In this document: in pieces, positions 63,092 to 64,000 of the stretch
Layout of the letters: every line of letters begins with the position of its first letter
Position numbering within the stretch: position 1 is the first letter of the stretch
Source of the DNA: a virus
Virus record (IMG/VR): IMGVR_UViG_3300028563_000012
Coordinates: 1-64,000 of that record
Reading direction: 5' to 3' (one strand)
DNA: 64,000 nt
Notes under the pieces: generated by a model
Database searches by the model: none
The model's input: only the letters and a program-made list of their open reading frames with translations
What the model was told of the DNA's origin: nothing
Program-made: the position numbers and the translations under genes

Positions 63092-64000
63092 TCATGGTTG
63101 ACTGTTTACGGGCGGTGACGGCGCGACACGCGGGTTGAAGCGCATGATGGCTGTCCCCGCTCGTGCCGGCTTGCGGTATGAGCAGACGTCATAGATCATG
63201 AACGTGCCTGAACTTTGGGTCACATCGTTCAGGTTTGGGTTCGTCCCTGTCTTGAATTCATCAATCATCTGCAAGCGGTAAGATTTGTCCAGCGCGCCCG
63301 ATTTCAACAGTTGGTTTTTGTCCATGAATTCCACCACTGCTTCAGTAAGTCTGATGAGATCCTGTGTTCCTGGCGCTATCATTAGCATATTGAATCTCAC
63401 ATCAAAACGATAGGGCGGTGGCACGACGATGGCCGCACCCGTATCACGGTTGGCAACGTGATCATCATTGGCTAACGGCTGAGAATCCACAGCCTCGAAG
63501 TCTGTGATGATCACAGCAGGCACCTTGTCGATTTCGATGAAATCAGGGCTCGTCTCGTGCAATGCAATCATGGGCTCAACGATGGCCTTGATGAAGGCCT
63601 GATTTCCTACCGGGATTGGGGCTGTCAGTGTTGCGATTCCTGTGGTGGCGTTGAAGCTTGATAGCAAATCAGCGTCGTGGCCGGGATCCGCTGTGTGGTT
63701 GAAGATGCTGTCACAACCCTGAAGGTTGAACGGAGCAACATCTTGTTTCACAGCCTTGCCGACGTCCAAATTGTAACCGCCAGGGATTGGGACTTTGTAT
63801 GCAAAATCGGCAATATAACCAACACCACGCAGGCTGGGAACCAACGTCCTGATCATCAAGTCTTCAAGGAAGTCAGTGACACGCGAGGCCCAACACAACT
63901 TCAATTCTGCCACCTTTGGTGTCACGCGTGCGTCGCTTGTTGACAACTGAATCAAAAAGCCGATGGCCTTTGCCACAGGGTTGAGGCTGGCGATGTGATT
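63092..64000 (-). CDS. Putative tail terminator / neck protein (Pvc16/DUF4255-like C-terminus); frame runs to the window edge
   Basis: PPPYRFDVRFNML.IA..QDL; position before the sheath; no upstream in-frame stop within the window. Confidence 0.55.
   Translation of the reverse strand, partial: NHIASLNPVAKAIGFLIQLSTSDARVTPKVAELKLCWASRVTDFLEDLMIRTLVPSLRGVGYIADFAYKVPIPGGYNLDVGKAVKQDVAPFNLQGCDSIFNHTADPGHDADLLSSFNATTGIATLTAPIPVGNQAFIKAIVEPMIALHETSPDFIEIDKVPAVIITDFEAVDSQPLANDDHVANRDTGAAIVVPPPYRFDVRFNMLMIAPGTQDLIRLTEAVVEFMDKNQLLKSGALDKSYRLQMIDEFKTGTNPNLNDVTQSSGTFMIYDVCSYRKPARAGTAIMRFNPRVAPSPPVNSQP

Noticed and set aside
39741-64000. Host-encoded eCIS/tailocin rather than phage
   Set aside because: Directly linked to a complete phage replication module, with a phage-type chaperone frameshift and no AAA ATPase of the eCIS core in view; head genes are probably beyond the window edge.
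1-64000. tRNA or rRNA genes
   Set aside because: No cloverleaf or rRNA-like segment was recognised by eye in the few intergenic gaps; a tRNAscan run would be needed to exclude them.

Overview
The window is a 64-kb segment of a large tailed phage genome (contractile-tail, myovirus type); a prophage cannot be excluded, but no integrase or host housekeeping genes are visible. Nearly every credible gene is on the minus strand. In transcription order (right to left): (1) 64000-39741, an eCIS-like tail module (terminator, sheath, tube, chaperone with a -1 frameshift site, tape measure, LysM initiator, hub, spike, gp25, baseplate J, wedge, fibre). It is interrupted between spike and gp25 by collagen/LamG fibre genes and a lysis-like cassette (holin-lipoprotein, papain-like peptidase, Cys-rich lipoprotein, GH25 lysozyme). 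(2) 39623-33830, replication initiation: SF2 helicase, two paralogous wHTH proteins (one containing 11 iterons), DnaB-like helicase and primase. (3) 33832-31005, accessory genes bracketed by two nearly identical 201-bp palindrome-rich elements that resemble enhancer-dependent promoter cassettes. (4) 30853-23298, a sigma factor and a five-gene nucleotide cluster (FAD oxidoreductase, MazG-HAD fusion, divergent ThyX, divergent class III aminotransferase, dNMP kinase). This cluster is the best candidate for an undescribed pyrimidine-modification pathway. (5) 22868-7539, DnaE, HU, SSB, RecA, SbcCD, HNH, RuvC, NYN, 5'-3' exonuclease and UDG. (6) 7570-1, small genes (Rmf-like, RlpA-like, DHH phosphoesterase) and a 1.25-kb non-coding end. 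Capsid and terminase genes are not in the window. All family calls are by motif recognition; no searches were run.
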